Origin: Desulfobacteraceae bacterium UBA5623
GTDB lineage: Bacteria > Desulfobacterota > DSM-4660 > Desulfatiglandales > Desulfatiglandaceae
DNA: 52,086 nt
Direction of reading: 5' to 3'
Assembly: GCA_002424495.1 (NCBI GenBank)
Contig: DIKH01000397.1
Span: forward strand, 54,222-106,307
Made by a program: the position numbers and the translations under genes. Of the stretch, positions 9,561 through 18,125 are shown piece by piece (positions within the stretch are counted from its first letter, which is position 1; each line of letters starts with the position of its first letter). Below the pieces are notes generated by a model. It worked only from the letters and a program-made list of their open reading frames with translations. It was not told the DNA's origin and did no database searches.

Positions 9561-10487
9561 ATGCAAACAATTGATCCTGAAAATCGTCTTAAACAGCAAT
9601 ATCATCCTTGCACATGGATGCAGGCAGGCGTTGTGGATCACAAGTTGTGCAGGGAGAACTACAACTGCCCCCGGTGCCATTATGACAGGGTGATGAACAA
9701 CCTGGCCGAAGAGAACAGGGCGCTCAAACAGTCCGGCATTATCCCCCTTGGAAAAAGGGGGAGGATTGTCTCCTGGAAGGATAAGCTCCTGGCCTGGTCC
9801 TTATCCAAAAGGCCGTGCATCCACCACATGAAGGGCCGGATCGGGTTTCGGATGTGCAACCAGGAATATCGTTGCGGCAGCTGTGATTTTGATCAGTTTT
9901 TTGATGATCAGTATTCCGTGCACGCCGTGGTCAGACCGGTTGATGTCCTGGATGTCAAGGGTTTTAAAATCCCTCAAGGGTATTATTTCCACCAGGGCCA
10001 TACCTGGATGAAAATAGAGGAAAACGCCTCTGTCAGGGTGGGGATAGATGATTTTGCCCTGCGTCTGCTGGGACCGCTTGACCGGGTTGAGGCCCCGCTT
10101 GTCGGAAGGCAGACCAAGCAGGGCAGGGGAGATATCTCAATTGCACGGGGCCAGAACCTTGCAAGAGTGCTTTCTCCCATAAGCGGAGTTGTAACCTCCA
10201 TCAACTCGATATTGAGAGAAGAAGGCGGCCTTACCAATAGACATCCCTACTCCGAGGGATGGGTGATGATGGTCAAGCCGGACAGCCTGCGCACGGACAT
10301 GAAAAATCTTATGATACATAATGAAACCAGCGACTTCATGGAAGCACAGGTTGATCGACTCTGTCAGGAGATAGAAGATGTGGCAGGTCCAATGGCGACT
10401 GACGGAGGGTTTTTCGGAGATGATATATTCGGGAATTTGCCTCAACTGAACTGGAGGAAACTGGCTAAGGTGTTTCTCAAGAACTGA
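9561..10487 (+). CDS. Cys-rich GcvH-fold protein, paralogue 2
   Basis: Same architecture as 8445..9428 (GHTWMKIE...VRVGIDDFA...LSPISGVVTSIN...HPYSEGWVMMV, two C-X12-C-X5-C-X2-C motifs). Its last ~137 nt are duplicated at 31414..31550. Confidence 0.65.
   Translation: MQTIDPENRLKQQYHPCTWMQAGVVDHKLCRENYNCPRCHYDRVMNNLAEENRALKQSGIIPLGKRGRIVSWKDKLLAWSLSKRPCIHHMKGRIGFRMCNQEYRCGSCDFDQFFDDQYSVHAVVRPVDVLDVKGFKIPQGYYFHQGHTWMKIEENASVRVGIDDFALRLLGPLDRVEAPLVGRQTKQGRGDISIARGQNLARVLSPISGVVTSINSILREEGGLTNRHPYSEGWVMMVKPDSLRTDMKNLMIHNETSDFMEAQVDRLCQEIEDVAGPMATDGGFFGDDIFGNLPQLNWRKLAKVFLKN
10383..10463. repeat. Left copy of 81-bp perfect direct repeat (island junction, attL-like)
   Basis: Identical by eye to 31446..31526 (offset 21063). 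Flanking homology with mismatches spans 10351..10487 versus 31414..31550. Confidence 0.85.
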
Positions 10488-10562
10488 CTGTAATCTGGGC
10501 AAGGACTTGCCAACATAGAGATCTTATAGCCTTATTAATCTCGTCCATAAAGAGTGTCTTAG

Positions 10563-10600
10563 CAGGCTGCCGGATGATCATCCGTCAGCCTGTTTTTTTT
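10563..10600 (+). terminator. Rho-independent terminator
   Basis: The arm caggctg-c-cggatga pairs with tcatccg-t-cagcctg (14 bp with one mismatch) and is followed by T8. It lies 76 nt after the stop of the GcvH-like gene. Confidence 0.8.
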
Positions 10601-10712
10601 GTCTTCTGAAAGGGTTTATCATGTCAGGATGCTATCTGTAGAAATCGGACTTGAAAAAAACAGGATGAGGATGAATGAACTTTCACTTTATCAGCGCACC
10701 GGGTTCTTGAAC

Positions 10713-12758
10713 CTAATCCATTATGGCTTTTGTAAAGGCATCTATTGCATCTGCGTAAAACTCGATGCTGACCTTAGTTGCCATTTCGTCGGATAGCTCG
10801 AATAATTGCCTGCGAGATGAAATAGGCATCAACAATGTCGTTGCTCCCTTCTCAACGGCCAGTTCTGCAACAGCGACCGGATTTGGCACCATTTCAACGG
10901 AACCGCCAAGGTTTAATGCCCCAACAATGATGAGACCACCTTTTACGCTCCGTTCAATCAAGCCTCCGCAGAGTGATAATAGGACGGCAAGGCCAAGCCC
11001 CTGTCCCGAGCTGTCAATGTCCATAGATCGTAATTGTATCGAGAACTCATGGTTACGGGGATCACGATCTCCTACAAGCTCCTTAGCCCGCACATACAGA
11101 TTTTGTTCTCCGTAACGAACGCTTTCTCTGAAGGCAGGGGGTACAGGTGTATTGAGTATCTTTACCCCACTTCCGGGACCAACCGTTACCTCAATTCGAT
11201 ATAGCGCAGAGGAAGCTTCCTGGCCGCCCGGACTAATGGCCCAGACCTGGCCTGGAGGAAGTGGATCGGCATCAATCAATTCATCGCTGTGAAGCTCCGG
11301 GGTCGAGACAAACTGTTCTACACCATCTACACCCATGAAATAGCTGAAATGGGTATTTCTGAATTCCGTTTTCAGACATCGTTTCTGCTGTTCTTTAACA
11401 CGGCGGCGTGCTTCCAAAGCGATGCGAACAATTGATTCCAACTCCTCATCAGGAATGGGCGTATCAGGGGAAGGAAAAATGAGTTTTATCAAACCACTGA
11501 TTGTCTTGTTTACAGCCTCGATATCTCGGCCACTGAGGGCTCCTCCCCAATTTATGCGCCCCTGTAATACTGGCAGCCGGCTTCCAGAACGAAGTTTGTT
11601 CCAACATTCGGACAAAAAATCGCTGACAAGACCAAAATGATTGGACAGATTGTCAGGATTCAATTTGGGGAAATCCCAACCCGGAGCATAGGCGTGAATA
11701 CGATCCATAAATGCGGTATCGTTCCTCATTTCGACAGGCAGTGGACTGAGTAAGTGCCCGATTCGCTGTTGTTGTTCAACGTCAACTTCAAAATTCCCTA
11801 CCATTACGATGCCGCCAAAAGCTCTAATTGGCTCTTTGCCTCTGGAAAATTCTCCAGAGGCCATATAGCCTTTCATAATATTAACGCCATCCTTCTGGTC
11901 AAAAGATACCCCTGAAATCTCGTCAAAACACACCACATCATAATGGCAAACAAGGCCACGTTGACCATTCGCCATATTGACAAACATTTTTGCCACAGTG
12001 GCTTTACCGCCTGATACTAAATGAGAATAAGGGGAAATTTGCTGATATATATGACTCTTTCCCGTCCCTCTTGGGCCAAGCTCTACCATGTTATAATTGT
12101 TTTCAATAAATGGAATCATGCGGAGTAACGCTACCATCTGGGCACGGTCGGAGAGCGTTTCCGGTTCTAGTCCAACACATCGAATCAGAAACCTCTTCCA
12201 TTCTTCAGTGGTGAATTGGCTCCGGCCTCGATCCAAAACGGAAAGCACATCTGACTTTGAAAGTTGGATTGCCCTCAAGCCTTCTACTGCAAAAGGTCTA
12301 CCGCTTTTTTCTTGAGCTATTGCCGCGTCGTAAGTCAAATTTAGCTCAGCATAAAAACCATCGGTGAGCATCCGCTCATTGTCGTGCACAAGCTGATCGC
12401 TGATACGCACGTCACGCAAACCCAGGCTTGGAAGCTCGGCAATAAAACAATCATTCTTAGAGTCGAGTTTGGCTTTTATGATATCAATTAACTTAACTGA
12501 TCCTTTTTCCCGTGCCCAGGCTTTAAATAATTCCTCTTCCCCGGTTCGGACAGTCCGATCTTTCAGTTGTCTTTCAACAATTCCAAGGCCTTCCTCGATT
12601 TCTTTTTCATCAACAGTCGCGCAATAACGCCCAAGTAAAAATTCAACCACATATGTGGGTACAGGATACTGTCGGCTGTATTTTCGGACCAGGTCCTTGC
12701 GCACCAGGAATCCGTCAAATGCTGAGGCGGCAAGTCGGTCGAGGTTGTCAAGTTCCAT
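10713..12758 (-). CDS. brxL: BREX Lon-like protease BrxL
   Basis: 681 aa. The N-terminal reads FDGFLVRKDLVRKYSRQYPVPTYVVEFLLGRYCA. Walker A is GPRGTGKSH, with a C-terminal Lon-protease-like region. It is the last gene after pglZ, as in type 1 BREX. Confidence 0.85.
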   Translation of the reverse strand: MELDNLDRLAASAFDGFLVRKDLVRKYSRQYPVPTYVVEFLLGRYCATVDEKEIEEGLGIVERQLKDRTVRTGEEELFKAWAREKGSVKLIDIIKAKLDSKNDCFIAELPSLGLRDVRISDQLVHDNERMLTDGFYAELNLTYDAAIAQEKSGRPFAVEGLRAIQLSKSDVLSVLDRGRSQFTTEEWKRFLIRCVGLEPETLSDRAQMVALLRMIPFIENNYNMVELGPRGTGKSHIYQQISPYSHLVSGGKATVAKMFVNMANGQRGLVCHYDVVCFDEISGVSFDQKDGVNIMKGYMASGEFSRGKEPIRAFGGIVMVGNFEVDVEQQQRIGHLLSPLPVEMRNDTAFMDRIHAYAPGWDFPKLNPDNLSNHFGLVSDFLSECWNKLRSGSRLPVLQGRINWGGALSGRDIEAVNKTISGLIKLIFPSPDTPIPDEELESIVRIALEARRRVKEQQKRCLKTEFRNTHFSYFMGVDGVEQFVSTPELHSDELIDADPLPPGQVWAISPGGQEASSALYRIEVTVGPGSGVKILNTPVPPAFRESVRYGEQNLYVRAKELVGDRDPRNHEFSIQLRSMDIDSSGQGLGLAVLLSLCGGLIERSVKGGLIIVGALNLGGSVEMVPNPVAVAELAVEKGATTLLMPISSRRQLFELSDEMATKVSIEFYADAIDAFTKAIMD

Positions 12759-12760
12759 GT

Positions 12761-15106
12761 CTATTCATCACCTCCAATTGTGGTAGTCTGCTTCCCTACT
12801 ACTGAACCGGAAGAATCAATTAGTACCAGGCTGACAACGGTGCCTTCCAGTTCCTCATTTTCAACAAGCAGGCTCACCTGGCCGTCAGCACTGATCATTT
12901 TAGGGACGGCTACACTTGAAGTTTCATCATTGGGTTTTGTTCTAAGATCTGCTTTAATTTTGGCTCCCCCCGAATCAATGGTGGCTCTGCAGCGCATACC
13001 ATGCCACTGTATGTCTTTTATTTTTGCGATGGTCTGAACAGCCACATCACTCAAGCTGAATTGCAGGTCCGGGATGAGGCATTCCTGTAAACTCACACCA
13101 CCATGGGCGTATTCATTTCCATTTGAAAAGCAATTTATCCCCGGACCATAGGCAAAATATTCATGGGAATTCCAATACCAACTGGCCATCGGAAAATCGA
13201 CTTTTGAATGATCTTTAGTAACCGCGCACCTTGCCCATCGGCATTCGGTGAGGTATTTCGGCAACTTCACAGCAGGCAGACCGCCTGGAACAAGGAGCCA
13301 GCCATGATCCGTTATCACTCTTACCCGTTTCCATCCGGCATCAAGCAACTCCCGGATTCTTTCAATCAAAAGTTCTATCTGCTCCGTGATTCTGGCCGCC
13401 AGCTTGCCTTGTAATGTATGACCGAGCTTGTCAATCTCACCGAATTCCGTCCACGCGCGGGCATCCGCTTTTTCTGGCTCACCAGCATCAGATAGGCTGA
13501 GAACCTGGTATCCTTCCGAGGTGAGCAGTTTACGGAAACGGTCAATGGTTAACGGTTTGCCGTCTTCTTTTGTTTCAGGCCGAAACTCATCTCCTAATTG
13601 ATTCCCTTTGATTTTCCCGGCTACCGGTGAAAGGGCGGGTTTAGATGTCGCGGTTACTGTCGGCAGGGAAGCCCAGCGCCAACTGGCCGAGGCCTTAAGC
13701 CGTCTTTCCTCTGCCAAAATGCCTAACCGCTTTGAAACATCAAATCGAAGACTGTCGGCAAATAACAGGCATTCTCCAACCTCAGCCTCTGCTCCATGCA
13801 GATCGCAGCAAGCTGAGGGCAAGGGCGTTTCAGTTAACAATTTCTGGAAATTACGGGCCGTATCATCCAGCCAGGGCAAATAGGTGCTCCTTAAAGCCGC
13901 TTCTATGGCGTTATAATCTTCACTGGATTTGACACTTCCAAGGGCAGAAATAGCCGCCATATCTGCTTCATAGCCACCTTCCCTATAAACAGCGGCCATT
14001 GCATCAAGCGAATCACCACCGATGTTTTGGGTAGTTGCATCAGCCACCACAGCCAAATGTTCTAACGATGTTGCAACAGGACTTTGCCCGATTTTCGCCC
14101 ATACCCAATCACGGCGTTGATGATGTTTTTTCTCTAATTCTTTAATTGTCTTCCTGGCTTCTGCAGCGCTCTTTGAAGATAAACTCAACAGCTCCTGTCG
14201 TAATGATTTTTCTTCGCTGTCGTTTTCATCGGGCCATGGTGCTTTGTCAAAAATGAGTTTTCCTGAAGGCTTCGACTTTCTGAGCACCTCCGGCATACCT
14301 GGGTACAGCAGCGGCGATTCTTCAAAACGCCTCCAGAGATTCTTCCAGGCTTCATTTTCCCGCATCCCGAGGTTTTCCCCGGCGACAATTGCACCATCTT
14401 TTTCCGGATCAAAACAATATTCCGCCTTACAACGCGAAACAAATGCCGACCATTTATTTTCATTCCATTGTTCCTGAATTTCTGATGGCGAATTCATCCA
14501 TACCAGTAAGTCACGCGGCGTATCTTCAATCATCAGCTTATCGAAATCTTCTGCCTCAAGACGTTTAGCGGTCAGCCGTGTGATTGGTGTTACTGCAAGT
14601 TGGGCTAATGCACCGAGCATTGATTGTTTGGTGTGTCTATCCTTGGCAACATCCAGTCCCAGACCCCCTTCCTTTGAGACTAGAAACGCCTCCACCGTCC
14701 AGTCCCTTCCGTTCCGTTGCGTCCAAACCGTGCCCCGATATTGCAGCTCAACTAGCGGTTTTAGGGTGTCAGGGCATTCCTCGACGGCTCTCAACGTTTG
14801 CCTGCTGACATTCGGCATGTATATGACAGGCGTGACATCTTCCGGCAGAGAGTGCTCGATAACACATCTAAGCCAGATGGCTGGCCCGATCCTTTTCCCG
14901 GGGTCATATTCACCCAGCGTAAACAGTTCGGGCATCAAAGGCCTCAGTTGATCCACCAGGGCAGCCCATTGGCTGTCTGAATCGGTCCACAAAATGACCG
15001 CCGGCCCGACCATGTCGGATCGGTTGTACCGACCGGCCTGAAGGAGCGAAAGTCTTACTGATTCGAGAAGCGTTGAATAAATCTTATGTTCGGAATACTT
15101 CGTCAT
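12761..15106 (-). CDS. pglZ: BREX alkaline-phosphatase-superfamily protein PglZ
   Basis: 781 aa. It has a PglZ-type core (LLFADSLRFDV...VITDHGWLLVPGG) and sits between pglX and brxL. Confidence 0.85.
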   Translation of the reverse strand: MTKYSEHKIYSTLLESVRLSLLQAGRYNRSDMVGPAVILWTDSDSQWAALVDQLRPLMPELFTLGEYDPGKRIGPAIWLRCVIEHSLPEDVTPVIYMPNVSRQTLRAVEECPDTLKPLVELQYRGTVWTQRNGRDWTVEAFLVSKEGGLGLDVAKDRHTKQSMLGALAQLAVTPITRLTAKRLEAEDFDKLMIEDTPRDLLVWMNSPSEIQEQWNENKWSAFVSRCKAEYCFDPEKDGAIVAGENLGMRENEAWKNLWRRFEESPLLYPGMPEVLRKSKPSGKLIFDKAPWPDENDSEEKSLRQELLSLSSKSAAEARKTIKELEKKHHQRRDWVWAKIGQSPVATSLEHLAVVADATTQNIGGDSLDAMAAVYREGGYEADMAAISALGSVKSSEDYNAIEAALRSTYLPWLDDTARNFQKLLTETPLPSACCDLHGAEAEVGECLLFADSLRFDVSKRLGILAEERRLKASASWRWASLPTVTATSKPALSPVAGKIKGNQLGDEFRPETKEDGKPLTIDRFRKLLTSEGYQVLSLSDAGEPEKADARAWTEFGEIDKLGHTLQGKLAARITEQIELLIERIRELLDAGWKRVRVITDHGWLLVPGGLPAVKLPKYLTECRWARCAVTKDHSKVDFPMASWYWNSHEYFAYGPGINCFSNGNEYAHGGVSLQECLIPDLQFSLSDVAVQTIAKIKDIQWHGMRCRATIDSGGAKIKADLRTKPNDETSSVAVPKMISADGQVSLLVENEELEGTVVSLVLIDSSGSVVGKQTTTIGGDE

Positions 15107-16278
15107 TATTCAGCTTTCCTTGCCATCCGTGCCATAAACAGGTTACGTTCGTAATCCGTTTCCAATTTAAAGTCCGGCACCAAAGCCAAGGCACGAAGGA
15201 TACCGGTGCCGATTCCTCGATATGGCAATTCCTTGGTTGCGAACGAGGCGATAAGGGGATTGCGGATGACCGACACGCCATTGCTGATGTTCTCAATAGT
15301 CAGATTATTCGGCAACGCACCAGGGCTGATCAATTCGATGCGATTGTCAAAAATCATAATGCGCCAAGGCGCTGAAATGAAATAGTCCCGGTGCAGAAGC
15401 ATGTTGACTACGAGTTCCTCGATTGCAACGGCAGGGATTTCCAGATCACCTTCAGTATTAAAATCCTTGTCGCTTTGTAATCTGCGAAGATTCCGGGTGA
15501 TAAATGACATGGTGCGGGTATGCAAGTCGCGCAGACAGCCACCAATGTCCTCACTGTCCCTATATTTCACGCCCGCTGGGTCATTACCCACGAAAGAGAC
15601 GGCCTTGACGACAAAGGCAGGACGATAACGTTGTGGATCCCGTCCGAACAGAAGCAAACCCGCGAGGTTGAGGGTCTCGTCTTTGGCAAGACCCAAATTG
15701 TTCAAAAGCCGGGCCATCGTCAGGCCGGAGTCTTCCAGCGCCTGTTTCACGGATCGACCGTGTTGTTTTTGAAAGAAGCCGTTGAAATGGCCATCGTCCA
15801 ACGAGTCCAGGGTTGTCCCTTCAACAGGGACTTCATCGGCATGAACAAGACCTGCGCGTTGCATCATCCGCTGAATCTCCTCACGGGAGGTGACCGGTCG
15901 CTTGTTGGCCGCCGATTTGACCCAAAAAACCCCTTCATTATCCATGTAGGGTTTTGAGATGCCTTCGGGAATGTTGATGACCATGACCAATTTTTCGTCA
16001 ATGATAACATTATCGATTTTCGGGTTGATCGACGGTCGAATGAAATCGGTCGCTGCATCGGAGATGATCTGATTGATTCGGCGGATATCATCGGGTGCTA
16101 CACCGATGACAGATCCAGAATCGTCCACACCGATGAGCAGTCTTCCCCCTTTGCTGTTTGCAAAAGCCACCATTTCCCCAACAAGAGATTTGGCATTGGT
16201 GACTTCCTGGTTCCGCTTGAACTGTGTGCAGGAATCTTCTCCGCGCCCTATCAATTCAATTAGTTCAATTGAGTTCAT
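15106..16278 (-). CDS. AlbA_2 (Schlafen-like) / HATPase_c_4 domain protein, short form (usually auto-annotated as RecG-like helicase or transcriptional regulator)
   Basis: The N-terminal reads EDSCTQFKRN...VAFANSKGGRLLIGVDDSGSVIGV (AlbA_2 signature). The later motif ELVVNMLLHRDY...IELISPGALP is HATPase_c_4-like. I prefer ATG 16278, which has GGTGGAG upstream; the ORF track start is 16311. Its stop overlaps the pglZ start by 1 nt (TAATG). Confidence 0.7.
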   Translation of the reverse strand: MNSIELIELIGRGEDSCTQFKRNQEVTNAKSLVGEMVAFANSKGGRLLIGVDDSGSVIGVAPDDIRRINQIISDAATDFIRPSINPKIDNVIIDEKLVMVINIPEGISKPYMDNEGVFWVKSAANKRPVTSREEIQRMMQRAGLVHADEVPVEGTTLDSLDDGHFNGFFQKQHGRSVKQALEDSGLTMARLLNNLGLAKDETLNLAGLLLFGRDPQRYRPAFVVKAVSFVGNDPAGVKYRDSEDIGGCLRDLHTRTMSFITRNLRRLQSDKDFNTEGDLEIPAVAIEELVVNMLLHRDYFISAPWRIMIFDNRIELISPGALPNNLTIENISNGVSVIRNPLIASFATKELPYRGIGTGILRALALVPDFKLETDYERNLFMARMARKAE

Positions 16279-16420
16279 GATTAAAACTCCACCTTTCTCC
16301 ATTGCCATCAACCCATTCCCCGTCTTTCCCTTTCTCCAATTCGCCCTTGCCTTCGTCCGTTTATCATGGCAAAAATATCTTTAATTTATCTTTTTATTTT
16401 AAATGGTTAAATGATTTTCG

Positions 16421-16465
16421 GTCTAAAAGTCCTGCTAAAGTCCGTCTAGTTTCCGTCTAAGATCC
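16421..16465. repeat. Four tandem ~11-bp direct repeats (GTCTAnnnTCC)
   Basis: The units are gtctaaaagtcc, tgctaaagtcc, gtctagtttcc and gtctaagatcc, placed head to tail. They straddle the stop codon of the 559-aa gene and lie upstream of the 390-aa gene. Confidence 0.7.
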
Positions 16466-18125
16466 ATTTAGCATGCCGGCCTGGGCCTCCCTGTGTTCTG
16501 ATACTCCTATCATTCTTGGACATTTCCTGGAGCAAGTTACGGATTTTGTTCTTTTTCTGTTCATGGCTCAGGATGTCCGGCAGTTTTTCATAGAGAAGAT
16601 TGTCAATTTCACTCCGGCTTGCGGAGCCAAATTTTTTAATAAAAGCAAGTATCATTTGCTTATAATGCCCTTTGTCAAATGCACGATACCGGATATAGTC
16701 AACCTTTCCCTGAGTTGCCTCGGCAATACGGCCAGCCACAAAAAGATTCGGTCGACGACCTTCAATAAGTCTAATTCTTTTTAATCGATTGAATTCTTCA
16801 TCTGAGAGCTGATATTTTTTTTGGACCTTATCGAGGGCGATAACATCGAACAAACTAAGATTGGTATTTTTCATCAGAAGCTTTGTATAATTTTCGTTCA
16901 ATATTTTTCCAAGCAGCCGGACTTTAACCCGCTGGGGATCAGAAAGATCATAGTCTGGCATGGGGAAAAATCTGCCACGCTGCAAGTTGAAAATCCTTTT
17001 GATGCCGCTGCCGATGGTATCAATCATCTGCAAATTGACCATAGCATCGGTTAAAAACTGGTTTCTGTAATATTCAGGTGGTGCATCAAGACGGATGACA
17101 TTTTCAACACTCTCAGGAAGAAACGAACCTCCATTGACGAAAAACAGAGAATCTTCCTCCTCTACAACATTAATTCTCCCCCTGAGAGCATAATCCTGAT
17201 GTGCAATACAATTATGAAGAAGCTCACGGATAACCCATGAATCATACTGGGTAATCTCTACTGGAAAAAGGGAATGGTCTCGCATGTAACGGTACGTGAG
17301 ATTGCGAATTCTATTGAACAGGTGGTTGGAATTGAGAAGAAATGGCGGTCCAAAATGTTGATAATCTTTTTCCATGCCGCTTTGGTCCCTCAGAATCCAG
17401 CTTATTCTGGCTATTGCCGGTTCAAGGTGGTATTCAGATTCCTCCCGCCCTAATAGAATAATAGCTGTAGTGGTTATTTTACCGTTTTTCAGGACCTTGG
17501 CTTTGTTGAGAAAGGTTTCATCTCTCCATTCTTCCACTTCGGAGGCCAGGTTGGGATACTTGGACCTGAAAAATTCCCTGGCACGGGCGATGGCAGCAGG
17601 GTCAAGATCTGTAAGGCTGGCATTCGGACATATTTCCCCTGACCAATCCGGTTGAGTAACTAGCAGGATAAGCTCATGTTCATGGGGATTGAGCGGGCCA
17701 ATGGATTCTCCGTCCCGGCCATAATGATGTCCTTTCCAGGCTGTGGGCACACCCGGCCGGGCTGGGGGAATTTCAAACATTACCACGCGCCCCTCTGGCA
17801 GATGCAGTTCGTGGATTTCTGCAAATGTCAGCCGGTTGGATGTTTGATCCGCAATTTCCTTTTTCAGGTTATCCAGGTCCGCTCGATCTAGGCGGAAATC
17901 CGACCCCACGATCTTTCGCGGGTGGTTCTGAATACCAAAGATAAGCCATCCTGCTTCTTGTCTTTTCAAACGTGCTTCATTGCTGAGCGCCGAAAAATAC
18001 TGCCCCAGTTTATCGAAATGAAACGATCGGGATGCTTGCTTGAATTCAACCCATTCGATTTCAGCCGGCAAGGCCATTAGTTCGCTTAGTTTTCGGTGTA
18101 GCGCCTGAGAGTCATAAGCCTTCAA
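16446..18125 (-). CDS. AlbA_2 (Schlafen-like) / HATPase_c_4 domain protein, long form with C-terminal winged-helix-like tail
   Basis: 559 aa. It has EIEWVEFKQ near the N-terminus, then IRELLHNCIAHQDY...FFVNGGSF, then a basic helical C-terminal region. Its ATG overlaps the pglX stop by 4 nt (ATGA). Confidence 0.7.
   Translation of the reverse strand: MKAYDSQALHRKLSELMALPAEIEWVEFKQASRSFHFDKLGQYFSALSNEARLKRQEAGWLIFGIQNHPRKIVGSDFRLDRADLDNLKKEIADQTSNRLTFAEIHELHLPEGRVVMFEIPPARPGVPTAWKGHHYGRDGESIGPLNPHEHELILLVTQPDWSGEICPNASLTDLDPAAIARAREFFRSKYPNLASEVEEWRDETFLNKAKVLKNGKITTTAIILLGREESEYHLEPAIARISWILRDQSGMEKDYQHFGPPFLLNSNHLFNRIRNLTYRYMRDHSLFPVEITQYDSWVIRELLHNCIAHQDYALRGRINVVEEEDSLFFVNGGSFLPESVENVIRLDAPPEYYRNQFLTDAMVNLQMIDTIGSGIKRIFNLQRGRFFPMPDYDLSDPQRVKVRLLGKILNENYTKLLMKNTNLSLFDVIALDKVQKKYQLSDEEFNRLKRIRLIEGRRPNLFVAGRIAEATQGKVDYIRYRAFDKGHYKQMILAFIKKFGSASRSEIDNLLYEKLPDILSHEQKKNKIRNLLQEMSKNDRSIRTQGGPGRHAKWILDGN

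Noticed and set aside
10137-10502. Minus-strand ORF of 121 aa. Its N-terminus resembles the minus-strand ORF 31320..31508 (shared ...QIPEYIISEKPSVSRHWTC...).
   Set aside because: Both are antisense shadows of the duplicated 3' end of the GcvH-like gene. Their similarity simply reports the direct repeat and does not indicate a real gene family.
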